From contig OZ024751.1 in NCBI GenBank assembly GCA_964016885.1, forward strand, positions 47,244,001-47,308,000: a stretch of DNA of 64,000 nucleotides. The letters are read 5' to 3'. Shown piece after piece: positions 60,701 through 64,000 of the stretch. The position numbers were made by a program, and so were the translations under genes. The notes below the pieces were generated by a model. It was not told where the DNA came from, ran no database searches, and saw only the letters and a program-made list of their open reading frames with translations. The stretch is from Eledone cirrhosa (lineage: Eukaryota). Within the stretch, counting starts at the first letter, position 1; the number at the start of each line of letters is the position of its first letter.

Positions 60701-61772
60701 AAGACACTTTATTTCACATTGCTCCAGTTTACTCAGCTGTAGAAATGAGATGATAGGGACTGGGGTCCCTATCATTCCACTGCAAAGTGGTCGTGGAGGT
60801 GCCACAGCAAAAAAGCACCCAGCACTCACTGTAAATGAGGTTGGTGTTAGGAAGGGCATCCAGCTGTAGAAATCAAGCCAGAATCAGTTCCCGTCCCACC
60901 CTTGCAAGCAGGGAAAAAGCGGACGTAAAATGAAATGATGATAAAAGACAATCCAAGTGAATTTCAACTGTCCCATGTTTTCTATTGCAGTGGAAACACA
61001 CAACAAGCGTGTACAATAGCTTGCATGTTAGAGAAGTTAAACAAGACAGAACAATGGAACCTAGTGGTGGTTAACTGTCTTTATGAATGTATCTCACCTC
61101 TCCTCGATAAACTTGCCACAAATCCGGTATGTAATGTTTTTTACTGTAGCTTTATGTTGTTTGTATTATTATTATACTTATTATTATTATTATAGGACAG
61201 TGGATTGGCAGTATTGGTAGAGCGTCGGACACTATGCTTTGCAGCACAGAGTTATGGCCCTTTACGTTCTGAGTTCAAATTCCGCCAAGGTTAACTTAGC
61301 CTTTCATCTTTACAGGGTTGATAAAATAAAGTACCAGTAATGCACTGGGCATTTGCTGGCCTTGTGCCAAAAGTAGAAACAATTATTATAATAATGTGTG
61401 TATTAGTATATTATTATGTGTGTATTATTAATGAGACTATTATTAAAGTACCAGTAATGCACTGGGCATTTGCTGGCCTTGTGCCAAAAGTAGAAACAAT
61501 TATTATAATAATGTGTGTATTAGTATATTATTATGTGTGTATTATTAATGAGACTATTATTAAAGTACCAGTAATGCACTGGGCATTTGCTGGCCTTGTG
61601 CCAAAAGTAGAAACAATTATTATAATAATGTGTGTATTAGTATATTATTATGTGTGTATTATTAATGAGACTGTTATTTATGTTGTTTGTAGTTTAAACT
61701 ATGTTTTGTTACTTCCAGGAAGGTACCCCACTGGTTTTATTCTGTATGTTTGTGCTAACAGGATTCCCTCAC
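3521..61772 (+). CDS. ZZEF1: ZZ-type zinc finger and EF-hand domain-containing protein 1 (ZZEF1 orthologue); 60 coding exons in window, incomplete at the 3' end and probably the 5' end
   Basis: Hand-spliced GT-AG exons with consistent phases and no stops (5943 nt). Motifs collinear with vertebrate ZZEF1 as recalled: [15 protein letters not shown] (EF-hand), [39 protein letters not shown] (APC10/DOC), [32 protein letters not shown] (CUB-like) and two tandem ZZ fingers. Confidence 0.93.
4270..5145. repeat. GT-rich minisatellite with 37-bp and 56-bp units
   Basis: TGTGGTGTGTTGAGGGTGGACTGGTTGTAAGGTTGTC with or without TATGGTGGGTTTTGGGACT. Confidence 0.9.
5218..5299 (+). CDS. ZZEF1: ZZEF1 exon w2
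   Basis: tacag/gtaagt; [27 protein letters not shown]. Confidence 0.8.
6349..6430 (+). CDS. ZZEF1: ZZEF1 exon w3
   Basis: tgcag/gtcagt; [28 protein letters not shown]. Confidence 0.88.
6845..7318. repeat. AT-rich minisatellite, about 40-bp monomer / 79-bp dimer
   Basis: Repeats of ATATAGA(C)TGTAAAT.TGTATATAGA.TTAT. Confidence 0.85.
7426..7497 (+). CDS. ZZEF1: ZZEF1 exon w4
   Basis: taaag/gtatgt; [24 protein letters not shown]. Confidence 0.85.
7587..7737 (+). CDS. ZZEF1: ZZEF1 exon w5 (EF-hand)
   Basis: tgcag/gtaaat; [20 protein letters not shown]...KLKTTALIH. Confidence 0.9.
7995..8314 (+). mobile_element. tRNA-derived CORE-like SINE with RTE tail (family A), small internal deletion
   Basis: A box TGGCTTAGTGG, B box GAGTTCAATTC, 3' part shared with the RTE 3' UTR, (AATG)n tail. 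Confidence 0.85.
9095..9156 (+). CDS. ZZEF1: ZZEF1 exon w6
   Basis: tgcag/gtttgt; [21 protein letters not shown]. Confidence 0.85.
9189..9456 (+). mobile_element. SINE family A, 5'-truncated
   Basis: CCTTGAGCAAGACAC..CAGCTGTAGAAATG core plus RTE tail and (ATG)n. Confidence 0.85.
9953..10076 (+). CDS. ZZEF1: ZZEF1 exon w7
   Basis: ttcag/gtaagt; [41 protein letters not shown]. Confidence 0.9.
10477..10573 (+). CDS. ZZEF1: ZZEF1 exon w8
   Basis: tgaag/gtgagt; [32 protein letters not shown]. Confidence 0.82.
10625..10837 (+). mobile_element. piggyBac-like MITE, single-unit form; others at 17856-18064 (+), 35681-35881 (-), 38131-38351 (-), partial about 26302-26483 (-) and 48883-49088 (-)
   Basis: TIRs CCCTTTAGCATTTA / TAAATGCTAAAGGG flanked by TTAA or near-TTAA. 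Confidence 0.85.
11234..11299 (+). CDS. ZZEF1: ZZEF1 exon w9 (DOC/APC10)
   Basis: ttcag/gtaaac; [22 protein letters not shown]. Confidence 0.93.
11377..11682. repeat. (CAT/CAC)n trinucleotide tract; similar tracts at 18222-18585, 21858-22002, 41960-42820
   Basis: Direct reading. Confidence 0.95.
11790..13000. repeat. 61-bp G-rich minisatellite, about 20 copies
   Basis: GGGGGTGAGGATGAATGAGGTGAGGTTGGGGTGTTGAAGGAAGATCCATCTTTGATCT.(C/T)T. Confidence 0.95.
13040..13186 (+). CDS. ZZEF1: ZZEF1 exon w10 (DOC/APC10)
   Basis: tccag/gttagt; [35 protein letters not shown]...DMRIP. Confidence 0.93.
13688..13740 (+). CDS. ZZEF1: ZZEF1 exon w11
   Basis: ttcag/gtaaga; [18 protein letters not shown]. Confidence 0.88.
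14320..14398 (+). CDS. ZZEF1: ZZEF1 exon w12 (DOC/APC10 end)
   Basis: accag/gtaagg; [26 protein letters not shown]. Confidence 0.93.
14778..15261 (-). mobile_element. Non-autonomous Helitron (484 bp)
   Basis: On the minus strand A|TCTAAACTATAATAAAG ... subterminal hairpin ACCACCCAATGGGTGGT ... CTGCTAG|T; inserted in a host AT with no TSD. Confidence 0.7.
15274..15408 (+). CDS. ZZEF1: ZZEF1 exon w13
   Basis: ttcag/gttagt; [29 protein letters not shown]...ILLRT. Confidence 0.9.
16042..16158 (+). CDS. ZZEF1: ZZEF1 exon w14
   Basis: tccag/gtgagt; [39 protein letters not shown]. Confidence 0.92.
16801..16907 (+). CDS. ZZEF1: ZZEF1 exon w15
   Basis: attag/gtaagc; [36 protein letters not shown]. 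Confidence 0.9.
16920..17359 (+). mobile_element. Two tandem 3'-end remnants of an L1/Tx1-like LINE
   Basis: [25 protein letters not shown] at 17023..17100, then a UTR ending GTTAATAAAGAAATCATTATTA. The same end occurs at about 17000-17020 and inverted at about 30950-31025. Clade is inferred. Confidence 0.5.
18107..18187 (+). CDS. ZZEF1: ZZEF1 exon w16
   Basis: tgtag/gtaaga; [27 protein letters not shown]. Confidence 0.85.
18747..19700. repeat. 22-bp minisatellite, about 43 copies
   Basis: ATT(G/T)GTTTGCCTAT(T/C)ACACCTC. Confidence 0.95.
19738..19890 (+). CDS. ZZEF1: ZZEF1 exon w17 (poly-Asn; donor ambiguous, 19809 or 19890)
   Basis: tccag/gttaac; [30 protein letters not shown]6SN7TTNLRNIQ. 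Confidence 0.7.
19896..20793 (+). mobile_element. piggyBac-like MITE with internal tandem array (about 10 units)
   Basis: TTAA|CCCTTT...AAATGCTAAAGGG|TTAA; internal 60-90-bp repeats. Confidence 0.85.
20860..21752. repeat. (CT)n/CTATCATC pyrimidine-rich repeat ending at the exon w18 acceptor
   Basis: Direct reading. Confidence 0.95.
21758..21840 (+). CDS. ZZEF1: ZZEF1 exon w18
   Basis: tacag/gtaagt; [28 protein letters not shown]. Confidence 0.88.
22133..22188 (+). CDS. ZZEF1: ZZEF1 exon w19
   Basis: ttcag/gtatgt; [18 protein letters not shown]. Confidence 0.9.
22355..23058. repeat. TG-rich low-complexity repeat; similar CA/TG tracts at 46500-46970, 48270-48770, 50550-51025
   Basis: Direct reading. 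Confidence 0.95.
23085..23168 (+). CDS. ZZEF1: ZZEF1 exon w20
   Basis: tccag/gtatgt; [28 protein letters not shown]. Confidence 0.9.
23553..23893 (+). mobile_element. SINE family A, full length
   Basis: GGAGGCACATGGCTTAGTGG head, core, RTE-like tail, (ATG)n. Confidence 0.88.
24229..24294 (+). CDS. ZZEF1: ZZEF1 exon w21
   Basis: tctag/gtacgt; [22 protein letters not shown]. Confidence 0.88.
24627..26076 (-). mobile_element. 5'-truncated CR1-type LINE (RT domain, duplicated 3' UTR unit, (ATT)n tail)
   Basis: ORF with [67 protein letters not shown]; no stops over about 385 codons; 3' UTR unit repeated at about 24645-24760 and 24775-24890. Confidence 0.9.
26231..26273 (+). CDS. ZZEF1: ZZEF1 exon w22
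   Basis: cccag/gttagt; [15 protein letters not shown]. Confidence 0.88.
26938..27051 (+). CDS. ZZEF1: ZZEF1 exon w23
   Basis: accag/gtaagt; [38 protein letters not shown]. Confidence 0.9.
27277..27313 (+). ncRNA. Minimal type I hammerhead-ribozyme-like motif (Penelope-type), probably degenerate
   Basis: TCTT-CTGATGA-A-GGA ctagca TCC-GAAAC-ATT-AAGA. Confidence 0.55.
27884..27979 (+). CDS. ZZEF1: ZZEF1 exon w24
   Basis: cttag/gtactg; [32 protein letters not shown]. Confidence 0.8.
28375..28411 (+). ncRNA. Minimal type I hammerhead-ribozyme-like motif, second copy
   Basis: TTTT-CTGATGA-A-GGAC tagt GTCC-GAAAC-ATT-AAGA. Confidence 0.58.
28530..28624 (+). CDS. ZZEF1: ZZEF1 exon w25
   Basis: cacag/gtaagc; [31 protein letters not shown]. 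Confidence 0.85.
29259..29343 (+). CDS. ZZEF1: ZZEF1 exon w26
   Basis: tttag/gtttgt; [29 protein letters not shown]. Confidence 0.85.
29594..29696 (+). CDS. ZZEF1: ZZEF1 exon w27
   Basis: ttcag/gtgatt; [34 protein letters not shown]. Confidence 0.87.
30483..30553 (+). CDS. ZZEF1: ZZEF1 exon w28
   Basis: ttaag/gtcagt; [24 protein letters not shown]. Confidence 0.9.
31141..31257 (+). CDS. ZZEF1: ZZEF1 exon w29
   Basis: cacag/gtatgt; [39 protein letters not shown]. Confidence 0.9.
31512..31587 (+). pseudogene. Diverged duplicate of the 3' part of exon w31 plus donor (pseudo-exon or cassette exon)
   Basis: [17 protein letters not shown]|gtgggt versus [17 protein letters not shown]|gtaagt at 33603-33659. 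Confidence 0.8.
32085..32307 (+). CDS. ZZEF1: ZZEF1 exon w30
   Basis: ttcag/gtaaga; [17 protein letters not shown]...[14 protein letters not shown]...HIFLR. Confidence 0.9.
32514..33358 (+). mobile_element. Two tandem SINE family A copies (32514-32838, 33013-33358) separated by amplified flank repeat
   Basis: Both copies bounded by GTACATACAATTATATATATATAT units. Confidence 0.88.
33443..33518. mobile_element. Tiny MITE with 20-bp TIRs; related copy at 28030-28128
   Basis: TATATTATAAAGAGTCAGGA ... TCCTGACTCTTTATAATATA. Confidence 0.65.
33586..33653 (+). CDS. ZZEF1: ZZEF1 exon w31
   Basis: accag/gtaagt; [23 protein letters not shown]. Confidence 0.88.
34218..34274 (+). CDS. ZZEF1: ZZEF1 exon w32
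   Basis: aacag/gtgagt; [19 protein letters not shown]. Confidence 0.85.
34964..35092 (+). CDS. ZZEF1: ZZEF1 exon w33
   Basis: ttcag/gtaagt; [43 protein letters not shown]. Confidence 0.87.
35521..35625 (+). CDS. ZZEF1: ZZEF1 exon w34 (CUB-like start)
   Basis: ttcag/gtatag; [35 protein letters not shown]. Confidence 0.88.
36070..36418 (+). mobile_element. SINE family A, full length
   Basis: Same head, core and tail as other copies. Confidence 0.88.
36531..36598 (+). CDS. ZZEF1: ZZEF1 exon w35 (CUB-like)
   Basis: tgcag/gtattt; [22 protein letters not shown]. Confidence 0.9.
36861..37393 (+). mobile_element. Longer CORE-like SINE variant with RTE 3' UTR tail
   Basis: tRNA head plus core, about 190-bp distinct middle, then the RTE-A-like 3' UTR and (ATG)n. 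Confidence 0.75.
37482..37644 (+). CDS. ZZEF1: ZZEF1 exon w36 (CUB-like)
   Basis: tacag/gtaagt; [27 protein letters not shown]...DWEYKFQ. Confidence 0.92.
38364..40010. repeat. 21-bp AT-rich minisatellite interrupted by an RTE fragment
   Basis: TACAAAAATATAAATATATAT units on both sides of 39257-39890. Confidence 0.95.
39257..39890 (+). mobile_element. 5'-truncated RTE LINE subfamily B fragment inserted in a 21-bp minisatellite
   Basis: Near-identical reverse complement of about 62886..63493; 28-bp insertion at 39492..39519; (ATG)n tail. Confidence 0.9.
40039..40150 (+). CDS. ZZEF1: ZZEF1 exon w37
   Basis: gttag/gtaaga; [37 protein letters not shown]. Confidence 0.9.
40270..40692 (+). mobile_element. 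Two tandem copies of a second tRNA-derived SINE (family C); others at about 8735-8956, 16548-16737, 17360-17806, 28785-28976, 29958-30290, 56345-56538, 61196-61392
   Basis: GGCGGTGGATTGGCAGTATCGGT head, B box GAGTTCAAATCCCGCC, central GCCTTTCATCCTTACGGGGTCGATAAAATAAAGTACCAG (resembles the Meta/MESC-type SINE domain, from recall), (ATT)n tail. Confidence 0.8.
40711..40844 (+). CDS. ZZEF1: ZZEF1 exon w38
   Basis: ttcag/gtaagc; [32 protein letters not shown]...RSLSGNY; in-frame alternative acceptor 6 nt downstream. Confidence 0.87.
41826..41911 (+). CDS. ZZEF1: ZZEF1 exon w39
   Basis: tccag/gtaggt; [28 protein letters not shown]. Confidence 0.85.
42915..43036 (+). CDS. ZZEF1: ZZEF1 exon w40
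   Basis: aacag/gtaagt; [41 protein letters not shown]. Confidence 0.9.
43576..43655 (+). CDS. ZZEF1: ZZEF1 exon w41
   Basis: tacag/gtaagt; [27 protein letters not shown]. Confidence 0.87.
43706..44833 (+). mobile_element. Composite non-autonomous Helitron-like element
   Basis: A|TCTCCTTATAATATATAACCAGC 5' end; 3' hairpin CCCGTGCAACGCCGGG then CTAG|T. Confidence 0.7.
44923..44995 (+). CDS. ZZEF1: ZZEF1 exon w42
   Basis: aaaag/gtaagt; [24 protein letters not shown]. Confidence 0.8.
45713..45783 (+). CDS. ZZEF1: ZZEF1 exon w43
   Basis: tccag/gtaagt; [24 protein letters not shown]. Confidence 0.87.
46044..47580 (+). mobile_element. Second composite Helitron-like element with the same termini
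   Basis: A|TCTCCTTGTAATATATAACCAGC; the last roughly 400 bp match 44300-44833 with an internal deletion; ends CTAA|T. Confidence 0.65.
47839..47912 (+). CDS. ZZEF1: ZZEF1 exon w44
   Basis: cacag/gtaagt; [24 protein letters not shown]. Confidence 0.85.
48110..48221 (+). CDS. ZZEF1: ZZEF1 exon w45
   Basis: attag/gtgagt; [38 protein letters not shown]. Confidence 0.87.
49158..49685 (+). mobile_element. piggyBac-like MITE with internal array (about 5 units)
   Basis: TTAA TSDs, TIRs, roughly 72-bp units. Confidence 0.85.
49762..49940 (+). CDS. ZZEF1: ZZEF1 exon w46
   Basis: ggcag/gtgagt; [14 protein letters not shown]...[24 protein letters not shown]...KLS. Confidence 0.9.
49974..50255 (-). 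mobile_element. CORE-like SINE with different tail ending (GACTTTA)n (family B); older plus-strand copies at about 5965-6205, 8430-8712, 9500-9785, minus-strand 3' fragments at 15438-15705
   Basis: Head GGAGGCACGTGGCCTAGTGG..GGCTCAATTCC, same core, tail ..ATGAGCCTTCTGGCTTAAGACAGACTTTAGACTTT. Confidence 0.8.
51085..51151 (+). CDS. ZZEF1: ZZEF1 exon w47
   Basis: ttcag/gtaagg; [23 protein letters not shown]. Confidence 0.9.
51179..51520 (-). mobile_element. SINE family A, full length, antisense to gene
   Basis: Reverse complement of the family A sequence. Confidence 0.88.
51845..51908 (+). CDS. ZZEF1: ZZEF1 exon w48
   Basis: ttcag/gtatgt; [21 protein letters not shown]. Confidence 0.88.
52322..52467 (+). 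CDS. ZZEF1: ZZEF1 exon w49
   Basis: ttcag/gtaaac; [27 protein letters not shown]...GPEKK. Confidence 0.88.
53063..53204 (+). CDS. ZZEF1: ZZEF1 exon w50 (ZZ finger 1)
   Basis: ttcag/gttagt; ..[31 protein letters not shown]. Confidence 0.93.
53549..53612 (+). CDS. ZZEF1: ZZEF1 exon w51 (ZZ1 His ligands)
   Basis: tctag/gtaagt; [21 protein letters not shown]. Confidence 0.9.
54114..54224 (+). CDS. ZZEF1: ZZEF1 exon w52 (ZZ finger 2)
   Basis: tacag/gtaagt; [37 protein letters not shown]. Confidence 0.93.
54573..54616 (+). CDS. ZZEF1: ZZEF1 exon w53 (ZZ2 His ligands)
   Basis: tttag/gtaagt; [15 protein letters not shown]. Confidence 0.88.
54864..55071. mobile_element. Second TTAA-flanked MITE family; related fragments at about 2170-2288, 7805-7985, 24412-24515, 43120-43260
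   Basis: TTAA|CCCTTTC...AAAAGG|TTAA; shared motif ATATTT.TAATGAAA.ACAC. Confidence 0.55.
55203..55397 (+). CDS. ZZEF1: ZZEF1 exon w54
   Basis: tgcag/gtgagt; [25 protein letters not shown]...NGFTE. Confidence 0.9.
55420..55990. repeat. 48-bp (CTAC/CTAT)-derived minisatellite
   Basis: CTACCTACCTGCCTCTCTATCTACCCATCTATTTACCTACATATCTAT. Confidence 0.9.
56104..56231 (+). CDS. ZZEF1: ZZEF1 exon w55
   Basis: tccag/gtaatt; [43 protein letters not shown]. Confidence 0.85.
56617..57834 (+). mobile_element. piggyBac-like MITE with internal 72-bp array (about 15 units)
   Basis: TTAA|CCCTTTAGCATTTA...TAAATGCTAAAGGG|TTAA. Confidence 0.88.
57868..57944 (+). CDS. ZZEF1: ZZEF1 exon w56
   Basis: accag/gtatgt; [25 protein letters not shown]. 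Confidence 0.83.
59090..59171 (+). CDS. ZZEF1: ZZEF1 exon w57
   Basis: tacag/gtatgt; [28 protein letters not shown]. Confidence 0.85.
59654..59775 (+). CDS. ZZEF1: ZZEF1 exon w58
   Basis: attag/gtgagt; [40 protein letters not shown]. Confidence 0.85.
59785..60197. repeat. About 52-bp minisatellite, about 8 copies
   Basis: AAACCCCTTGAAATGGCAGCCCCTATGTCTATGATATAACCCTTTTAAT. Confidence 0.9.
60608..60942 (+). mobile_element. SINE family A, full length
   Basis: Same head, core and tail. Confidence 0.88.
60991..61126 (+). CDS. ZZEF1: ZZEF1 exon w59
   Basis: tgcag/gtatgt; [46 protein letters not shown]. Confidence 0.87.
61328..61676. repeat. 117-bp tandem triplication of a SINE family C 3' end plus flank
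   Basis: Near-identical units starting at 61328, 61445 and 61562. Confidence 0.92.
61719..61772 (+). CDS. ZZEF1: ZZEF1 exon w60 (last traced; gene continues)
   Basis: tccag/gtaagt; [18 protein letters not shown]. Confidence 0.87.
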
Positions 61773-62218
61773 GTAAGTCCTCATCAACCTCACCATTCGC
61801 CTATTCTTCATCAGTTTATGTCCACTTTCCAGGAACAGATTGGTAGGGTTTGAGTTAGTTTTTATTTAGACACCTCTCATTTTAAAGACCATGGGATTTG
61901 CACCTGGAAAATTCCTCTTCGAGGCCCTAGCCTAGCCAAGCTGTTTTTCATAGTCTATACATTTACATTAACCATATAAAATCATACACACACTCACAAC
62001 AATCTCCAGATGTTAAACTCTTATCTATATATTCATGTATCTCTCTGCCTCTCTCTCTGTCTCTCTTTCTTTCTCTCTCTCTCTCTCTCTCTCTGTGTGT
62101 GCGTAAAAAGTAAACAGAAATAAAGCAAACGACAGTACAGTGAAGAAATATATTAGTTTAACACTTGAAATAACAGGAAAAGAAGAAACGAGTCTTGATG
62201 TTTCAGACACTAGCCTTT

Positions 62219-62249
<31 letters not shown>

Positions 62250-62471
62250 ACGCACACACATATATATATATATATATATAATATATAAGATCAAAAGATG
62301 GTTAAAAGAGTTCCAAGTATTTTATTATGCGCATTTCAAAACAAATATCATGCAATGACATTTGCGTTTTCGTCAGATAAAATAGGGAGACATGACTACT
62401 TATCCGATATCTGCATTGCTTTATTGTACTACAATAAAACTCACCTCCTACATTATATATATATATATATA

Positions 62472-62816
62472 GCAGGCACATGGCTTAGTGGTTAGAGCAT
62501 TGGCCTTGCAATCGAAAGGTTGTGAGTTCAATTCTCAGACCGGGTGATGTGTTGTTTCCTTGAGCAAGACACTTTATTTCACATTGCTCCAGTTTACTCA
62601 GCTGTAGAAATGAGATGATAGGGACTGGGGTCCATATCATTCCACTGCAAAGTGGTCGTGGAGGTGCCACGGCAAAAAAGCACCCAGCACTCACTGTAAA
62701 TGAGGTTGGTGTTAGGAAGGGCATCCAGCTGTAGAAATCAAGCCAGAATCAGTTCCCGTCCCACCCTTGCAAGCAGGGAAAAAGCGGACGTAAAATGAAA
62801 TGATGATAATGATGAT
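62472..62816 (+). mobile_element. SINE family A, full length
   Basis: Same head, core and tail. Confidence 0.88.
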
Positions 62817-62885
62817 ATATATATATATATATACTACCAATATTAGATTAAAGATGCCATATGTGAGAATACCAGAAGCATATAT

Positions 62886-64000
62886 ATCATCATCATCATC
62901 ATCATCAACGTTTAACGTCCGTGTTCCACGCTTGCATGGGTTTGGACGGGGGTAGTCCCACTTGAGGCAAGAGTGATTGTCTTGCTCGCATAGGACTGTC
63001 TGGCAGGTTTTCTACAGTTGGATGCCCTTCCTAACACCAACCACATTTACAGTGTGGGTCTGGGAGGTTTTTACCGTGTTGCCTACACGGCCACATTACA
63101 GCGTGGACTGTGTGTTTTTTTGTCGTGACACCTACACGATCTCATTTGTTTCGGCCTGGATGGCGCGGCACCAACATAACTTTACATAGAACGGGGTGGT
63201 GTGGATGGGGTGGGGGTGGTGGCGGGACGGGGTGTATTTTGTTAGAGATGCCTACTGGCAAGGCGGGTCTTCTCTGTTACTGAGTACCGCCAAAGGTCAC
63301 GGTCCAGTGACATTGTCTTGGAGAGGTGTAAGTGTGTGAGGTCGGAGTTTATCAGCTCATCCCATGTTTTTCTAGGTCTGCCTATTCCGTGGCTACCGTC
63401 TATCTTTATTGCCCTGCACTTTGTAATACAGCTATCGACTTTCATGCGCATCACGTGTCCATACCAACGCAGCCTTCTCTCGAGTAAACAACATCTGATC
63501 CCTCTTATCTCTAATTTTTTCCTTAGTTCGTTTATGCTTTGCCGTTCACGTATATTACTGTTACACATCCAGCGGAGCATGCAAGCTTCGTTCCTCTCTA
63601 GTCTGCGTATATCCTCTGCACACAATGCCCAGGTCTCACTACCATGCAACATTGCTGTTCGTATGCAGGCATCGTACAACCTGCCTTTCATTTTTAGGGA
63701 GAACCCTTTAGCAGCTAATAGTGGTATAAGCTCTCTGAACTTTTTCCAACCAGTTCTGACTCTAGCTACAGTACTTTCAGAGCACCCTCCCCCACTGCTG
63801 ATTTTATCGCCCAGGTAACGGAAGCTGTCCACTATTTCTATAGAACCCTCTGCGCAATTGAAAGAGCTAGTATTTTGTGGGCACTTGCTGCTACTTATTG
63901 CACCAGAACACCGGCCACATGTAAAGTCTATGTTCTTAGTTAGCTTACCTGTGATCCCACTACATCTTTTATGCACCCATACTTTGCATTTAGGACATAA
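62886..64000 (-). mobile_element. RTE-clade LINE (subfamily B), 3' part; continues beyond window
   Basis: ORF 63242..63976 paralogous to the 857..2146 ORF ([34 protein letters not shown]); 3' UTR and (ATG)n tail. Confidence 0.92.

Overview
AT-rich, repeat-dense animal genomic DNA. The repeat content resembles octopod cephalopods; this is an inference and was not verified. One large plus-strand gene spans the window: a ZZEF1 orthologue (ZZ-type zinc finger and EF-hand protein 1). I traced 60 GT-AG exons by hand from 3521 to 61772 that join in one open frame (5943 nt, about 1981 aa). They encode an EF-hand, an APC10/DOC domain, a CUB-like region and two ZZ fingers. The stop codon is not in the window, and the start is either upstream or at a candidate alternative exon at 3822. 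The introns hold 5'-truncated RTE-clade LINEs (two subfamilies), a CR1-type LINE, L1/Tx1-like 3' ends, two tRNA-derived SINE groups, TTAA-targeting piggyBac-like MITEs (some with internal 72-bp arrays), non-autonomous Helitrons and many mini/microsatellites. Most ORF-track entries are repeat artefacts. The most notable observations are: two minimal hammerhead-ribozyme-like motifs flanking one exon; an out-of-order exon duplicate diverged only at third codon positions; a Helitron that displaced an intron branch point; SINEs sharing a head but carrying different LINE tails, with a covarying 3' stem-loop; and several intronic fold-backs next to exons. Family assignments come from recalled motifs; no database search was run.
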